Below, in pieces: positions 1 to 9,048 of a stretch of DNA of 64,000 bases (within the stretch, counting starts at the first letter, position 1; each line of letters starts with the position of its first letter). The stretch comes from Candidatus Shapirobacteria bacterium. Its GTDB lineage: Bacteria; Patescibacteriota; Microgenomatia; UBA12405. The position numbers and the translations under genes are program-made. The notes under the pieces were generated by a model. The model was not told the DNA's origin. It did no database searches and saw only the letters and a list, made by a program, of their open reading frames with translations. The stretch covers positions 587,107-651,106 of the forward strand of contig JAQWEN010000001.1 of NCBI GenBank assembly GCA_028704885.1, given 5' to 3'.

Positions 1-1
1 A

Positions 2-148
2 AAAGAAAAAGGAGTTCATGGAGATGACGTGACTAGATTGTATAACGAAGGAGAATTTAATAAAATTGCTGATTATGTGGCTAGAGATGCAGTAGCTACA
101 ACCGAATTATATTTAATTTGGAAAAATTACATGAGCGGACAAATCTAG
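2..148 (+). CDS. 3' end (48 codons) of an ORF truncated by the window start. The C-terminus weakly resembles RNase H-like (YprB-type) exonucleases.
   Basis: Open frame from position 2 to TAG at 146-148; translation ...GVHGDDVTRLYNEGEFNKIADYVARDAVATTELYLIWKNYMSGQI*. Confidence 0.3.
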   Translation, partial: KEKGVHGDDVTRLYNEGEFNKIADYVARDAVATTELYLIWKNYMSGQI

Positions 149-351
149 ATTGTCAGTTATTCAGACTATCAGTTAATCAAATAAATAAGAATGGATATAG
201 AAAATAAATACGAACAAGAATTATTTTTCCAAATTGAGGTGGAAAATAAAAAAGAAAAGCAAAGTCATAAACAAAAAAAGGTGGTTAAATTGGCGTCGGA
301 AAACTTAAAAAAAATGGTAATGGACAGATTAGAAGGAAAAACTGGTGAATG

Positions 352-1080
352 TTAAAAAACAAAAAATAAGACTAAAGATAGGATAAAGGTGTAGATTCCA
401 AAAATCCAGAATTTTTTGCTGACTAAAACTTTTTTAAGAATCCCTAGAGTAAAAATCCCAACAATAAAAGTAAGTATAAAGGCTAATAAATATTGGGTGT
501 TAAAAAGACCGGCAGTTGATAAATCTTTGGCACTTAGAATAAGAGCTCCAAAAGAAGCGGGAATAAAAAGACAGAAGGAAAATTTGAAAGCTTGGGTAGT
601 GGAAAAACCTAATAAAAGGGCAGCAAAAATGGTAGCACCGGCTCGGGAGACCCCCGGTAAAATGGCGACGGCTTGAAAAATACCAATAATAAGGGCTTTT
701 TTATAATCTAATTTAGAATCTTTTGATTTAAAAAATTTGGTGGAAAAAACAAAAACAGAACTTAAAATAAAGAAAAATGGTAAAAGATTAATATTAGAAA
801 AAAGAGTGTCAATTTGATCTTTAAATAAAATTCCAACTAGAGCAGCCGGAATTGAGGCAACTATAATAAATTTTAGATTGGTGAAAAAATATTTGATTTG
901 ATTTCGAAAGAAAAAAAGAACTGATAAAAAAGTAGCAGTATTGAGAAAAATATCGAGAGTAAGAGATGGAGTTAGCCTTAAAAAATATTGAGCTAAATTA
1001 AGGTGACCAGAGGAAGAAATTGGTAAAAATTCAGCAACACCTTGGATGATGCTTAATATAATTGTTTGGATTAAAGACAT
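352..1080 (-). CDS. uppP: undecaprenyl-diphosphate phosphatase
   Basis: 242 aa polytopic membrane protein with UppP/BacA signature motifs (EFLPISSSGHL ... PGVSRAGATI). Confidence 0.85.
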   Translation of the reverse strand: MSLIQTIILSIIQGVAEFLPISSSGHLNLAQYFLRLTPSLTLDIFLNTATFLSVLFFFRNQIKYFFTNLKFIIVASIPAALVGILFKDQIDTLFSNINLLPFFFILSSVFVFSTKFFKSKDSKLDYKKALIIGIFQAVAILPGVSRAGATIFAALLLGFSTTQAFKFSFCLFIPASFGALILSAKDLSTAGLFNTQYLLAFILTFIVGIFTLGILKKVLVSKKFWIFGIYTFILSLVLFFVF

Positions 1081-1122
1081 AAAATATAATAACAGAAGAG
1101 TCGTTAAAATTAATAAATTTAA

Positions 1123-1151
1123 TTGACATTATAGGTTATTTTTGATAGAAT
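1123..1151 (+). promoter_or_regulatory. sigma70-like promoter (TTGACA-17 nt-TAGAAT)
   Basis: TTGACA at 1123-1128, 17 nt spacer, TAGAAT at 1146-1151; ~150 nt upstream of the 1300 ORF. Confidence 0.4.
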
Positions 1152-1299
1152 CTGCCTTGTTGATCGAATAAAATTGATCGAACATTAACATCGTAACTAA
1201 TCAATATTGCGTTGAAAAAGTTGCAAAGAAAAAAAATAAAGCAGCAAAGCTGTTTTTAGATATAGAGACAACAAAAAAACAATAAGGAGGATATTATTT

Positions 1300-1539
1300 G
1301 TGGAAATAATGACGATGGAAGAAAAAAGTGATGATAAAATCGAACCTAGTTTCCTTGAGGTTTATTGTCAGCTTGGATTTTTTATCAAGGAGTGTTCTGT
1401 TGCTCCTAGTAGTTTTATTGCTTCCATAAGAATAAAGATCGAACATACTCAAGATCCAACGGAAATGATGGAAGTGATTAAAAAATACAAAAGTGTATTG
1501 GAGGAAATCAAAAAAACTTATGTAAAGGAGAAAATATAA
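1300..1539 (+). CDS. hypothetical small protein (79 aa), first gene of a bicistron
   Basis: AAGGAGG at 1284-1290, 9 nt before GTG 1300; overlaps next ORF by TAATG. Confidence 0.45.
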   Translation: MEIMTMEEKSDDKIEPSFLEVYCQLGFFIKECSVAPSSFIASIRIKIEHTQDPTEMMEVIKKYKSVLEEIKKTYVKEKI

Positions 1540-1781
1540 TGTTGAACATGCTGAGAATTGCTAAATTAAAGAAAATGATTCTCAGGTTCGAAAAAATTGA
1601 CAAAATTGCTCCGCTAATCAGAAAATGTCACTTCTTACCGAAAGGATTGGGAAATAAATTTCTAGATCTTCAAAAGGAATACTCATTCTATTTGTTTGGG
1701 TACTCGGTTAACGACGGTTACGGATCGGAATATTCCCTTAGACAAAAAATTGGAAAAATACGACAGCTTCTTGCTGATTAA
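1539..1781 (+). CDS. hypothetical small protein (80 aa), translationally coupled to upstream ORF
   Basis: AAGGAG 8 nt upstream of ATG; TAATG stop/start overlap; followed by terminator hairpin. Confidence 0.45.
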   Translation: MLNMLRIAKLKKMILRFEKIDKIAPLIRKCHFLPKGLGNKFLDLQKEYSFYLFGYSVNDGYGSEYSLRQKIGKIRQLLAD

Positions 1782-1785
1782 AAAT

Positions 1786-1846
1786 GGCGGTCAGGATGAC
1801 GAATTTTACCCTCGGGTAATTTTCTTTTGTCTCTGACCGCTTTTTC
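1786..1846 (+). terminator. rho-independent terminator-like long hairpin (GCGGTCAG...CTGACCGC with internal TACCCTCGGGTA hairpin) followed by a T-run
   Basis: 8 bp outer stem 1787-1794/1833-1840, T-run 1841-1845. Confidence 0.5.
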
Positions 1847-1867
1847 TTGGAAAATTTAGATAAAACA

Positions 1868-1896
1868 TTGATAAATTAGGTTAATATTGATACTAT
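1868..1896 (+). promoter_or_regulatory. sigma70-like promoter (TTGATA-17 nt-TACTAT), paralogous to the 1123 promoter
   Basis: Spacer sequence similar to that of the promoter at 1123 (shared TAGGTTA..T.TTGA). Confidence 0.35.
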
Positions 1897-1989
1897 GGGG
1901 TATAAATAACAAAGTTTAGACGACTAGTGCCTTAATGGAGTTTTTATATAAATGTTCTTTGAAAGAGATGAGAAAGGAGGAGATGAAAA

Positions 1990-2079
1990 ATGCCAGATTG
2001 GTTTTATTATTTAACCATGTTTCTGAGTTTGTTTGTGGTTATCTATCGTTTCCATGATTGGCAGAGAAAAAATCAATAA
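1990..2079 (+). CDS. hypothetical 29 aa hydrophobic peptide
   Basis: AGGAGGAG 7 nt upstream of ATG 1990; MPDWFYYLTMFLSLFVVIYRFHDWQRKNQ*. Confidence 0.3.
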   Translation: MPDWFYYLTMFLSLFVVIYRFHDWQRKNQ

Positions 2080-2105
2080 ATGTCTTTGGTGATTGGAGGA
2101 GCGAA

Positions 2106-2255
2106 ATGGATGCTGTTTATGTTTCTATATTGGCAATATTGACTTGTGTCATTATCGAAATAATCAGATTGTTTATCGAAAAAGTAAAACAACACAAACA
2201 ACAAAAACATTTTTTATTATCCTTGGAAAAAAAGAGGAGAACAAGTGGAGTTTAA
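2106..2255 (+). CDS. hypothetical 49 aa single-TM protein
   Basis: GGAGGAG 5 nt upstream of ATG 2106; hydrophobic segment SILAILTCVIIEIIRLFI; terminator follows. Confidence 0.35.
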   Translation: MDAVYVSILAILTCVIIEIIRLFIEKVKQHKQQKHFLLSLEKKRRTSGV

Positions 2256-2268
2256 GGATCTTCGAGAA

Positions 2269-2322
2269 GCGGTCGAATGACCAAATTTACCTTCGGGTAC
2301 TTTTGACATTGACCGCTTTTTT
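2269..2322 (+). terminator. terminator-like hairpin, paralog of the 1786-1846 hairpin (GCGGTC...TACCTTCGGGTA...GACCGC + T-run)
   Basis: Same architecture and ~70% identity to the terminator at 1786. Confidence 0.45.
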
Positions 2323-2470
2323 CATGTAATTAGTGGTAAAATAGGCCTATATTAATAATATATTATTAATAAAATTATTTCGGCTAATTTGAACGAAGCG
2401 TTCAAAAGAGACGATTTATATAGAAAGTTCTTTTAAATTTGAAGAAAATTAAAAAGAAAGGACAATAATT

Positions 2471-2791
2471 ATGTGGATTTATTTGCCTTGGATTTTGGTA
2501 GCAGTTTTTTTTATTCTTATTGGTTGGTGGATGGTTATGTTTCACCTTAACAAAAAAAGAGTTAAAAAACTGGTGTGGATGATTCTAAGTTTTAATGGAA
2601 AAGATTCGGAAACACGAGAAATTCGCGAATTAATTAAAAAATGTTATCTTTATCCATATAAAAACGAAATTGTTATCTTCTTTTTAACTCTTAAAGAGAA
2701 AGCTTACGATTGTGAAGATATTTTTAGATCCAATATTTTTATGGCTCAATATTTATTAATGAAACCAGTAGATAACGAGGTAGTTATTTAA
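2471..2791 (+). CDS. hypothetical membrane protein (106 aa)
   Basis: AAAGGA RBS before ATG; N-terminal TM helix. Confidence 0.45.
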   Translation: MWIYLPWILVAVFFILIGWWMVMFHLNKKRVKKLVWMILSFNGKDSETREIRELIKKCYLYPYKNEIVIFFLTLKEKAYDCEDIFRSNIFMAQYLLMKPVDNEVVI

Positions 2792-2825
2792 AATTGGAGA
2801 AAATAATAAATAGGAGGATAAAAGA

Positions 2826-2960
2826 ATGGAAATGTGGTTGATTGTTTTTATTGCTATCGCTGTAATAATTTCTTTTATTTTTGTTTTTGTTTTGGCTTTA
2901 TGTAAGATATCTGGTGAGGCATCAAGGAAAGAAGAATCGATGGCAGAGAAGAAGAGGTAG
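2826..2960 (+). CDS. hypothetical 44 aa single-TM peptide
   Basis: AGGAGG 2813-2818, 7 nt before ATG 2826; MEMWLIVFIAIAVIISFIFVFVLALCK... Confidence 0.4.
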   Translation: MEMWLIVFIAIAVIISFIFVFVLALCKISGEASRKEESMAEKKR

Positions 2961-3000
2961 TAAAAATAGAAAATGGCTGAAAAAGAAGTAAAAAGAACAA

Positions 3001-3046
3001 AAACCGGCAGGAGTTTGCAAAAGCAAATTAGTGCCGGTTTTTTTTG
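3001..3046. terminator. bidirectional rho-independent terminator between the small-ORF cluster (+) and rpsI (-)
   Basis: AAACCGGC...GCCGGTTT stem with T-runs on both strands. Confidence 0.55.
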
Positions 3047-3053
3047 GAAAAAA

Positions 3054-3467
3054 TTAACGCTTTGGAGATTGCTTTTGGCGTCGGGATTTACCACCAGTAC
3101 CGACCATTCTTCTTTCTTTGACTCGAGAATCGACAGTTAATAAACCAGTTGGTTTAATAATTGCTTTGAAAGATTCATTGATTTTAACTAGAGCTCGGCA
3201 AAGGGCGAGACTAAGAGCCTCAACTTGACCGGCTTTACCACCGCCAGTGATTTTAGTTTCAAAATGATACTTAGCAACAGTGTCAGTGACTAAAAATGGT
3301 CTATCGTAGGCAATTTGAGCAGTTTTTCCAGGAAAATATTTATCAGCTGAAATTTTATTGACAGTTGAATCCCCTTTTCCGGAAAATAATTTAACTGTAG
3401 CAACAGCAGCTTTTCTTCTACCAATTGCGTAAGTATAAGTGTTTGAAGTTATTTTTTTTGTAGCCAT
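3054..3467 (-). CDS. rpsI: 30S ribosomal protein S9
   Basis: S9 family sequence (GGGKAGQVEALSLALCRAL ... RRQKQSPKR). Confidence 0.93.
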   Translation of the reverse strand: MATKKITSNTYTYAIGRRKAAVATVKLFSGKGDSTVNKISADKYFPGKTAQIAYDRPFLVTDTVAKYHFETKITGGGKAGQVEALSLALCRALVKINESFKAIIKPTGLLTVDSRVKERRMVGTGGKSRRQKQSPKR

Positions 3468-3472
3468 AATCT

Positions 3473-3889
3473 TTATTTAGTGAATTTTTCGGCGAATTTA
3501 TGATCAGCGCCAACAAAAACTTTTAATCTAGTCATTCTGACATCTCTTAATTTATTTTTTGGCAACATACCGTAGACACCATGAGTAATTACCTGACGAG
3601 CATCTTTTCTCATGAGTTCACCAAGAGTGAGTTCTTTCAAGTGACCAGACCAGGCAGTGTGATGATAATAAACTTTTTGCTTTAATTTACGACCAGTAGT
3701 GACAATATCAGCAGCATTAATGGCAACAACATAATCACCATCATCTCGATGGTAAGAAAAATCAATTTTACCTTTGCCCATTAGTAATTGAGCAATTTCA
3801 GTACAAATACGACCTAAGGTTTTACCCTTAAGATCGACTAAATGCCAACTTCTTTCGACTTGGCTACCTTTTACAACTGTAGTTTTCAT
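3473..3889 (-). CDS. rplM: 50S ribosomal protein L13
   Basis: L13 family sequence; conserved rplM-rpsI pair. Confidence 0.93.
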   Translation of the reverse strand: MKTTVVKGSQVERSWHLVDLKGKTLGRICTEIAQLLMGKGKIDFSYHRDDGDYVVAINAADIVTTGRKLKQKVYYHHTAWSGHLKELTLGELMRKDARQVITHGVYGMLPKNKLRDVRMTRLKVFVGADHKFAEKFTK

Positions 3890-4362
3890 TATTTGATCTC
3901 CTTTTTGGCTGCTTTAGTTTTTTTAGCAACAGTTTTTTTAACTTCTTTGTTTTCTTTCTTGACTTTGTTTTTAATATTTTCTTTTTTCTCAGGCAAAAAG
4001 TTGACAGTTTTGACGAAACTATATTTGACGATTAAAGCATCATCACCAAAACGTCGTTTGATTTTAGTAATGGTGGTAAAGTTTGATTTTTGATCACCAA
4101 AAACTGATTTGAAGTTAGAAACGACACGATTAACCCAAGTTTGATCTTGGAGAACTTTAAATAATTCTCTTTTGGCGGTTAATTCTTCTTTACTAATAAT
4201 AGTGTTAGCCAAAGCTTCTACCATAGGAATAATAGCTTTTACTTTTGCTTCAGTGGTTTCAATTGAACCATGAGTAAACATGGCTTTAGTTAAAGACTTT
4301 ATTAAAGCTTTTCTTTCATTAAAATTACGGCCTAATTTTTTTCCTGCCATTCGATGTCTCAT
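3889..4362 (-). CDS. rplQ: 50S ribosomal protein L17 with Lys-rich C-terminal extension
   Basis: MRHRMAGKKLGRN... L17 N-terminus; follows rpoA. Confidence 0.92.
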   Translation of the reverse strand: MRHRMAGKKLGRNFNERKALIKSLTKAMFTHGSIETTEAKVKAIIPMVEALANTIISKEELTAKRELFKVLQDQTWVNRVVSNFKSVFGDQKSNFTTITKIKRRFGDDALIVKYSFVKTVNFLPEKKENIKNKVKKENKEVKKTVAKKTKAAKKEIK

Positions 4363-4365
4363 AGT

Positions 4366-5283
4366 TTATTTCCAAGTGAAGCCTCTTTCTTTTAACCAGG
4401 CATCGATAACTTTTAATGATTTTTCACCAACATTTTTAGCTTTGCTGACATCTAAACGACCGGCTTTGATTAAAGCATCGATAGTTGGATAACCAGCTTT
4501 CTTAAGAGCATTGGTAACTCTTAAAGGAAGTTCAATTTCTTCAACAGAAATATCACTACCGTGTGGATTTGGAGAAGCTAAAAGAGTAATAACTTCTTCT
4601 TCAAATTCTTTTGGATCGACAATTTGAGAAAAAGAACTAATTAAATCTTTAGCAGCCATTTTTAGTGCATGGAGAGGATCAACAGAACCGTCGGTCCAAA
4701 TTTCCATGGTTAATTTGTCGTAATTTGATTTTTTACCTAAACGAGTTGGCTCAACGGTATAATTAGTCTTAATAACTGGAGTAAATGAAGCATCGAGAAT
4801 TATTTCACCAACAATATCAGTTTTTTGTTCTTTAGCTAGAGTATAACCAACTCCTCTTTCAACAGTCAAAGACATTTTAATAGATGACTTATTGTCGGCA
4901 AGAGTAGCAATAACTTGATCTGGATTGGAAACTTTACATAAATCAGTATCAGTAATATCAGCAGCGGTAACGATTCCTGGACCTTTCTTTTCGAGAGTTA
5001 ATTCAATAGGTTCGTTTTGATTATATTCAAATTTAATTTTTTTAAGGTTTAAAGATACTTCAACTAAATCTTCTTTAACTCCAGGAAGAGTGGTAAAAAG
5101 GTGATTAGCACCATCAACTCTGATTTTGGTAATAGCAGCACCAGGAATGGTAATTAATAAAACGCGTCGCAAACTGTTTCCAAGAGTGTGACCGAAGCCA
5201 CCAACTAATGGACTAAGCTCGAACTTACCGTATTTTTCTTCTGTCTTTACGGTTTTGACATTAAACTTGTTTGTTTCGATCAT
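4366..5283 (-). CDS. rpoA: DNA-directed RNA polymerase subunit alpha
   Basis: RpoA N-terminal domain motifs (ELSPLVGGFGHTLGNSLRRVLL), 305 aa. Confidence 0.93.
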   Translation of the reverse strand: MIETNKFNVKTVKTEEKYGKFELSPLVGGFGHTLGNSLRRVLLITIPGAAITKIRVDGANHLFTTLPGVKEDLVEVSLNLKKIKFEYNQNEPIELTLEKKGPGIVTAADITDTDLCKVSNPDQVIATLADNKSSIKMSLTVERGVGYTLAKEQKTDIVGEIILDASFTPVIKTNYTVEPTRLGKKSNYDKLTMEIWTDGSVDPLHALKMAAKDLISSFSQIVDPKEFEEEVITLLASPNPHGSDISVEEIELPLRVTNALKKAGYPTIDALIKAGRLDVSKAKNVGEKSLKVIDAWLKERGFTWK

Positions 5284-5301
5284 TGTAGCTCCTTTTTTTT
5301 A

Positions 5302-5934
5302 TTATCTTGAATAATATTCAATTATTAAATTGACATCAATATCTTGGCCAATTTCTTCTCTAACTGGAGTAGAAATGACTTTGACAGTAAGGTTTTTTTT
5401 GTTTAAATCAAGCCACTGAGGGGCTTTAAAATCACTTTCCATGGCAGGAAGGACATCTTTATAGTTATTAATAGTTTTAGCGTCAAAACTGACTAAATCA
5501 CCAATTTTGGTTTCATAAGAGGAAATGTTGAGTTTTTTGCCATTAATTAGGACATGTTTATGACTGGTTAATTGTTTAGCTAAAGATCTGGACAAAACCA
5601 AACCTGATTTATAAAGAACATTATCCAAACGTTTTTCGAGAAGAATCATTAAATTGTCACCGACTAAGCCTTTGAGTTTTTTGGCTTTGAGATAATAGTT
5701 TTTAAATTGGGTTTCTTGGACACCGTAAATTCTTTTAGCTTTTTGTTTAGCACGAAGCTGAATACCGTAGTCAGTAGGCTTGCTGCCACCTTTGGCACCA
5801 TGCATACCTGGTTTAACAGCACCTTTCTTTTCGATTGGACACTTAGAAGAGTTGCAACGAACACCTTTCAAATAAAGTTTAGAACCAGCAGTTCGACAGA
5901 GTCGACATTTTGTATTTAAAGTAATTCTTGACAT
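5302..5934 (-). CDS. rpsD: 30S ribosomal protein S4 (zinc-finger form); longest ORF extends to 5979 but likely start is MSRITL at 5934
   Basis: CRLCR...C..SKC zinc-binding N-terminus; internal Met avoids overlap with rpsK. Confidence 0.88.
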   Translation of the reverse strand: MSRITLNTKCRLCRTAGSKLYLKGVRCNSSKCPIEKKGAVKPGMHGAKGGSKPTDYGIQLRAKQKAKRIYGVQETQFKNYYLKAKKLKGLVGDNLMILLEKRLDNVLYKSGLVLSRSLAKQLTSHKHVLINGKKLNISSYETKIGDLVSFDAKTINNYKDVLPAMESDFKAPQWLDLNKKNLTVKVISTPVREEIGQDIDVNLIIEYYSR

Positions 5935-5944
5935 ATTTTTTTGT

Positions 5945-6355
5945 TTAAACTCTTCTTTGTTTTGGAGGTCTTGGACCATTGTGAGGAATTGGAGTGATAT
6001 CAGAGATCATATCGACATCAAAATCTCTTTTGGTGCGAAGATATCTAAGAGCAGCATCCCGACCTGAACCTGGACCTTTCAAATAAACAGCTAATTTTTT
6101 AACACCATGTTTTTTGGCTTCTTCTAGGGTTTTTTCAATGGCAGTAGTAGCGGCATAAGGAGTAGATTTTCTGGCTCCTTTAAAACCACAGTTACCTGAA
6201 CTTGACCAGGCAACAGTTTTACCCTTGGAATCAGTAATAGTAACAATAGTATTATTAAAAGTTGATTGAATATAAAGTCGACCTTCAGCAATATTTTTAA
6301 ATGTTTTCTTTTTGACGACTGTATTAGTAGTTGTTTTAGTTTTTTGTTCTGCCAT
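5945..6355 (-). CDS. rpsK: 30S ribosomal protein S11
   Basis: S11 family sequence. Confidence 0.93.
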   Translation of the reverse strand: MAEQKTKTTTNTVVKKKTFKNIAEGRLYIQSTFNNTIVTITDSKGKTVAWSSSGNCGFKGARKSTPYAATTAIEKTLEEAKKHGVKKLAVYLKGPGSGRDAALRYLRTKRDFDVDMISDITPIPHNGPRPPKQRRV

Positions 6356-6366
6356 TTTTTTATTAA

Positions 6367-6786
6367 TTATTTATTACTATTGATGCTAGCGTCTTTTTGG
6401 GCGGTTTCAATTTTTGCCCAAGCTTCTTTGGTTAATGAACCGACAGTCTTTTTCTTACCTTTTCGGGTACGAGCATTGGTTTTGGTTCTTTGACCATGAC
6501 ATGGAAGACTAACAATGTGACGAATACCACGATAAGCTTTGATGGCTTTTAAACGATCAATGTTTTCGCGGATTTCTTTTTTAAGATCACCTTCGACTTT
6601 AAAACCTTCGAGAGCTTTCATTAAATTAGAGACATCGTCGCGAGACAAATCTTTAATTCTAGTATTTAAATCGATTTTGGCTTTTTTGGCCAATTCAATA
6701 ACATTGGTTCGACCAATGCCAAAGAAACGGGTTAAACCAATTTCGGCTCTTTCATTATCTGGAATTTCAACACCAACGATTCTCAT
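6367..6786 (-). CDS. rpsM: 30S ribosomal protein S13
   Basis: MRIVGVEIP... S13 family. Confidence 0.93.
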   Translation of the reverse strand: MRIVGVEIPDNERAEIGLTRFFGIGRTNVIELAKKAKIDLNTRIKDLSRDDVSNLMKALEGFKVEGDLKKEIRENIDRLKAIKAYRGIRHIVSLPCHGQRTKTNARTRKGKKKTVGSLTKEAWAKIETAQKDASINSNK

Positions 6787-6792
6787 ATTTAA

Positions 6793-6906
6793 TTAACCCT
6801 GTTTTTGGGTATGTCTTTTGGTAGAACAAATAATACGTCGAACTCCTCGGCGGAGAACTACTTTACAGTTTTTACATCGACGTTTAATACTAGATTTTAC
6901 TTTCAT
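6793..6906 (-). CDS. rpmJ: 50S ribosomal protein L36 (37 aa; not in ORF track because <60 aa)
   Basis: Hand translation [37 protein letters not shown] matches the L36 C-x2-C...C...H zinc ribbon. Confidence 0.85.
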   Translation of the reverse strand: MKVKSSIKRRCKNCKVVLRRGVRRIICSTKRHTQKQG

Positions 6907-6963
6907 ATAGGAACTTGGATATTGTAACCTAAAAAGTCAGCAATATCAAAGAGTAAATTTAAT

Positions 6964-7167
6964 TTATATGCGATAGACAATTCTGCCCTTCTCTCCTTCT
7001 GGACTAAGGACTAAAGAAACATTGTCTCCAGCCATAACTCGGATGTGATGCATCCTAAGTTTGCCGGCTAAATGAGCAATAATGTCATTGCCATTTTCGA
7101 GTTTAACTCGATATAAGGAATTAGGCAAGACTTCGGTTATTTGACCTCTGACGGTTGGTTCTTTCAA
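6964..7167 (-). CDS. infA: translation initiation factor IF-1
   Basis: S1-like OB fold sequence, ...GKLRMHHIRVMAGDNV...GRIVYRI. Confidence 0.88.
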   Translation of the reverse strand: MKEPTVRGQITEVLPNSLYRVKLENGNDIIAHLAGKLRMHHIRVMAGDNVSLVLSPEGEKGRIVYRI

Positions 7168-7751
7168 TTTTGAGGTAAACTATTAACTTTTTGACAGATG
7201 TCTTCGAAAATTGGTTCGATAGGACGATTACCATTGACTCTAAATAAGAGATTTTTGGCTTGGAAATAATCCATAATTAAACCATTGTTATCGTCGTAAA
7301 ATTTTTGACGAGCAGCCATGGCCTCTGGAGTATTGTCGGTACGAGCGGCATCTTGAAATTCAACACCTCTGGCGGCGCGACGAGCTTGAATTTCCTCAAA
7401 GGTAACATCGAGATGAATAATTAGATCTAGAGGTTGATTTTGAGATGATAAATAATTTTCAATAAATTGACCTTGACTTAGCATTCGAGGGAAACCGTCA
7501 ATAATAAAATTTTGATTATTAATTTTGGTTAAATTAGTAGTTAAAATAGTAAACAAAATCTCGTCTGGAACCAAATTTCCGCCATCGATATAGGATTTAG
7601 CTTTTAAACCAAGTTCGGAATTTGCGGCTATTTCGTCTCGAAGAAGTTGACCAGTTGAATAGTGGGTTAAATTATATTTTTCAGCAATAAGTTTGGCCTG
7701 AGTGGATTTACCACAGCCTGATGGACCAATTATGAATAGATTTAGAGCCAT
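7164..7751 (-). CDS. adk: adenylate kinase
   Basis: P-loop GPSGCGKSTQ and Adk LID/NMP-binding features. Confidence 0.9.
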   Translation of the reverse strand: MALNLFIIGPSGCGKSTQAKLIAEKYNLTHYSTGQLLRDEIAANSELGLKAKSYIDGGNLVPDEILFTILTTNLTKINNQNFIIDGFPRMLSQGQFIENYLSSQNQPLDLIIHLDVTFEEIQARRAARGVEFQDAARTDNTPEAMAARQKFYDDNNGLIMDYFQAKNLLFRVNGNRPIEPIFEDICQKVNSLPQN

Positions 7752-7767
7752 TTTTTTTAATTAATAA

Positions 7768-9048
7768 TTAATAAGATAATTTGTCGTAATTTTGCATTTG
7801 AACGACATTTTCTAATTTGCGAGTTAATTCAATAACGACAGAGACAACGATTAGAACGCTGGTTCCACCAATAGTTAAAGTAGTTATTCCAGTAATCTTT
7901 TGAATTATAGAAGGAGCAACAGCAATTAGACCTAGAAAAACTGAACCAATAACAATAACCCGATTAATTAGATATTTAAGACGTTTCTCAGTGGAAATGC
8001 CGGGACGAATACCGGGGATGAAACCACCTGATTTTCGGAGTTCGTCAGCAATATCTTTTGGTTTGAAAATAACTGAGGTGTAGAAAAAAGTGAAACCCAT
8101 GACTAATAAAAAGTAGAAAACCATATAAAAATATCCATCGGTTCTAAAAATATTAGCAAAAGTGGTGGCAGTAGAGGCAATAAAATGATTTGGAACTTTA
8201 CCTAAAAATTGGCCTAAAAGAGAGGGAACAGTAGCAAGAGAGACAGCAAAAATGATTGGCATAACTCCAGCAGTATTAATTTTGATAGGAAGATAAGTGG
8301 ATTGACCACGCTTGGCGTAATTTATAGGAACACGAAGAATTGCTTCTTCGACCAAAACGATACTTAAAATTAAGGCAAAAGCCATAGCAGCAAGAATGAC
8401 TAGGTTTAAAGTATTTTGAGGATTAGAAAAATCGGTAATACTAAAAGTTTGAATAAAACTAATTGGCAAACGAGAAATGATACCGGCGAAAATAAGCATG
8501 GAAATACCGTTACCAACTCCATAAATATTAATCATTTCGCCCAAGAAAATCATTATCATGGTGCCAGCTAACATACTAAAAATCATACCAACAATCATAA
8601 TTGGATTTAAATCGGTAATGATATTTTGGGATCGAAGAATAGTAAACATACCAATACCATTAATGATGGCGAAAGGAATAGTGGCAATACGAGTATATTG
8701 ATTAATTTTGGCCCGGCCATATTCCCCTTCTTTTTGAAGTTCTTCAATTTGAGGGATAACTAGGGCTAAAAGCTGCATCATAACTGAAGCATTGATATAA
8801 GGAGATAAACCAAGAGCAGCAATAGAAAAATTGGCAAGAGTGCCACCAGAAAAAATATCTAAAAGAGAAAGTAATTGATTTTGAGAGAAAAACTGCTTAA
8901 GAAGAGTCAAATTTACACCAGGAACTGGGATGTGAGCAATGAGACGAAAAAAAATTAAAAGTAAAAGAGTGATTATTAATTTTTTCCTAAATATTGGGGT
9001 TTTTAAACCCTCAACATATAGAAGAAGAGACTTGGCTATCAAATTCAT
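7768..9048 (-). CDS. secY: preprotein translocase subunit SecY
   Basis: 426 aa 10-TM protein in the canonical position after rplO. Confidence 0.92.
   Translation of the reverse strand: MNLIAKSLLLYVEGLKTPIFRKKLIITLLLLIFFRLIAHIPVPGVNLTLLKQFFSQNQLLSLLDIFSGGTLANFSIAALGLSPYINASVMMQLLALVIPQIEELQKEGEYGRAKINQYTRIATIPFAIINGIGMFTILRSQNIITDLNPIMIVGMIFSMLAGTMIMIFLGEMINIYGVGNGISMLIFAGIISRLPISFIQTFSITDFSNPQNTLNLVILAAMAFALILSIVLVEEAILRVPINYAKRGQSTYLPIKINTAGVMPIIFAVSLATVPSLLGQFLGKVPNHFIASTATTFANIFRTDGYFYMVFYFLLVMGFTFFYTSVIFKPKDIADELRKSGGFIPGIRPGISTEKRLKYLINRVIVIGSVFLGLIAVAPSIIQKITGITTLTIGGTSVLIVVSVVIELTRKLENVVQMQNYDKLSY

Noticed and set aside
191-355. 54 aa plus-strand ORF (MDIENKYEQELFFQIEVENKKEK...) overlapping the uppP stop.
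   Set aside because: It has no recognisable RBS, is Lys/Glu-rich low complexity and overlaps uppP convergently. It may still be a real small protein, but the support is insufficient.
416-676. 86 aa plus-strand ORF inside uppP. There are similar antisense or overlapping ORFs inside ribosomal, rpoB/rpoC, tuf and fusA genes (e.g. 5664-5864, 14417-14749, 18255-18703, 20055-20390, 30301-30588, 34241-34594).
   Set aside because: They are fully embedded in well-supported conserved genes on the opposite strand or in another frame. They have no RBS and are low-complexity, so they are chance ORFs.
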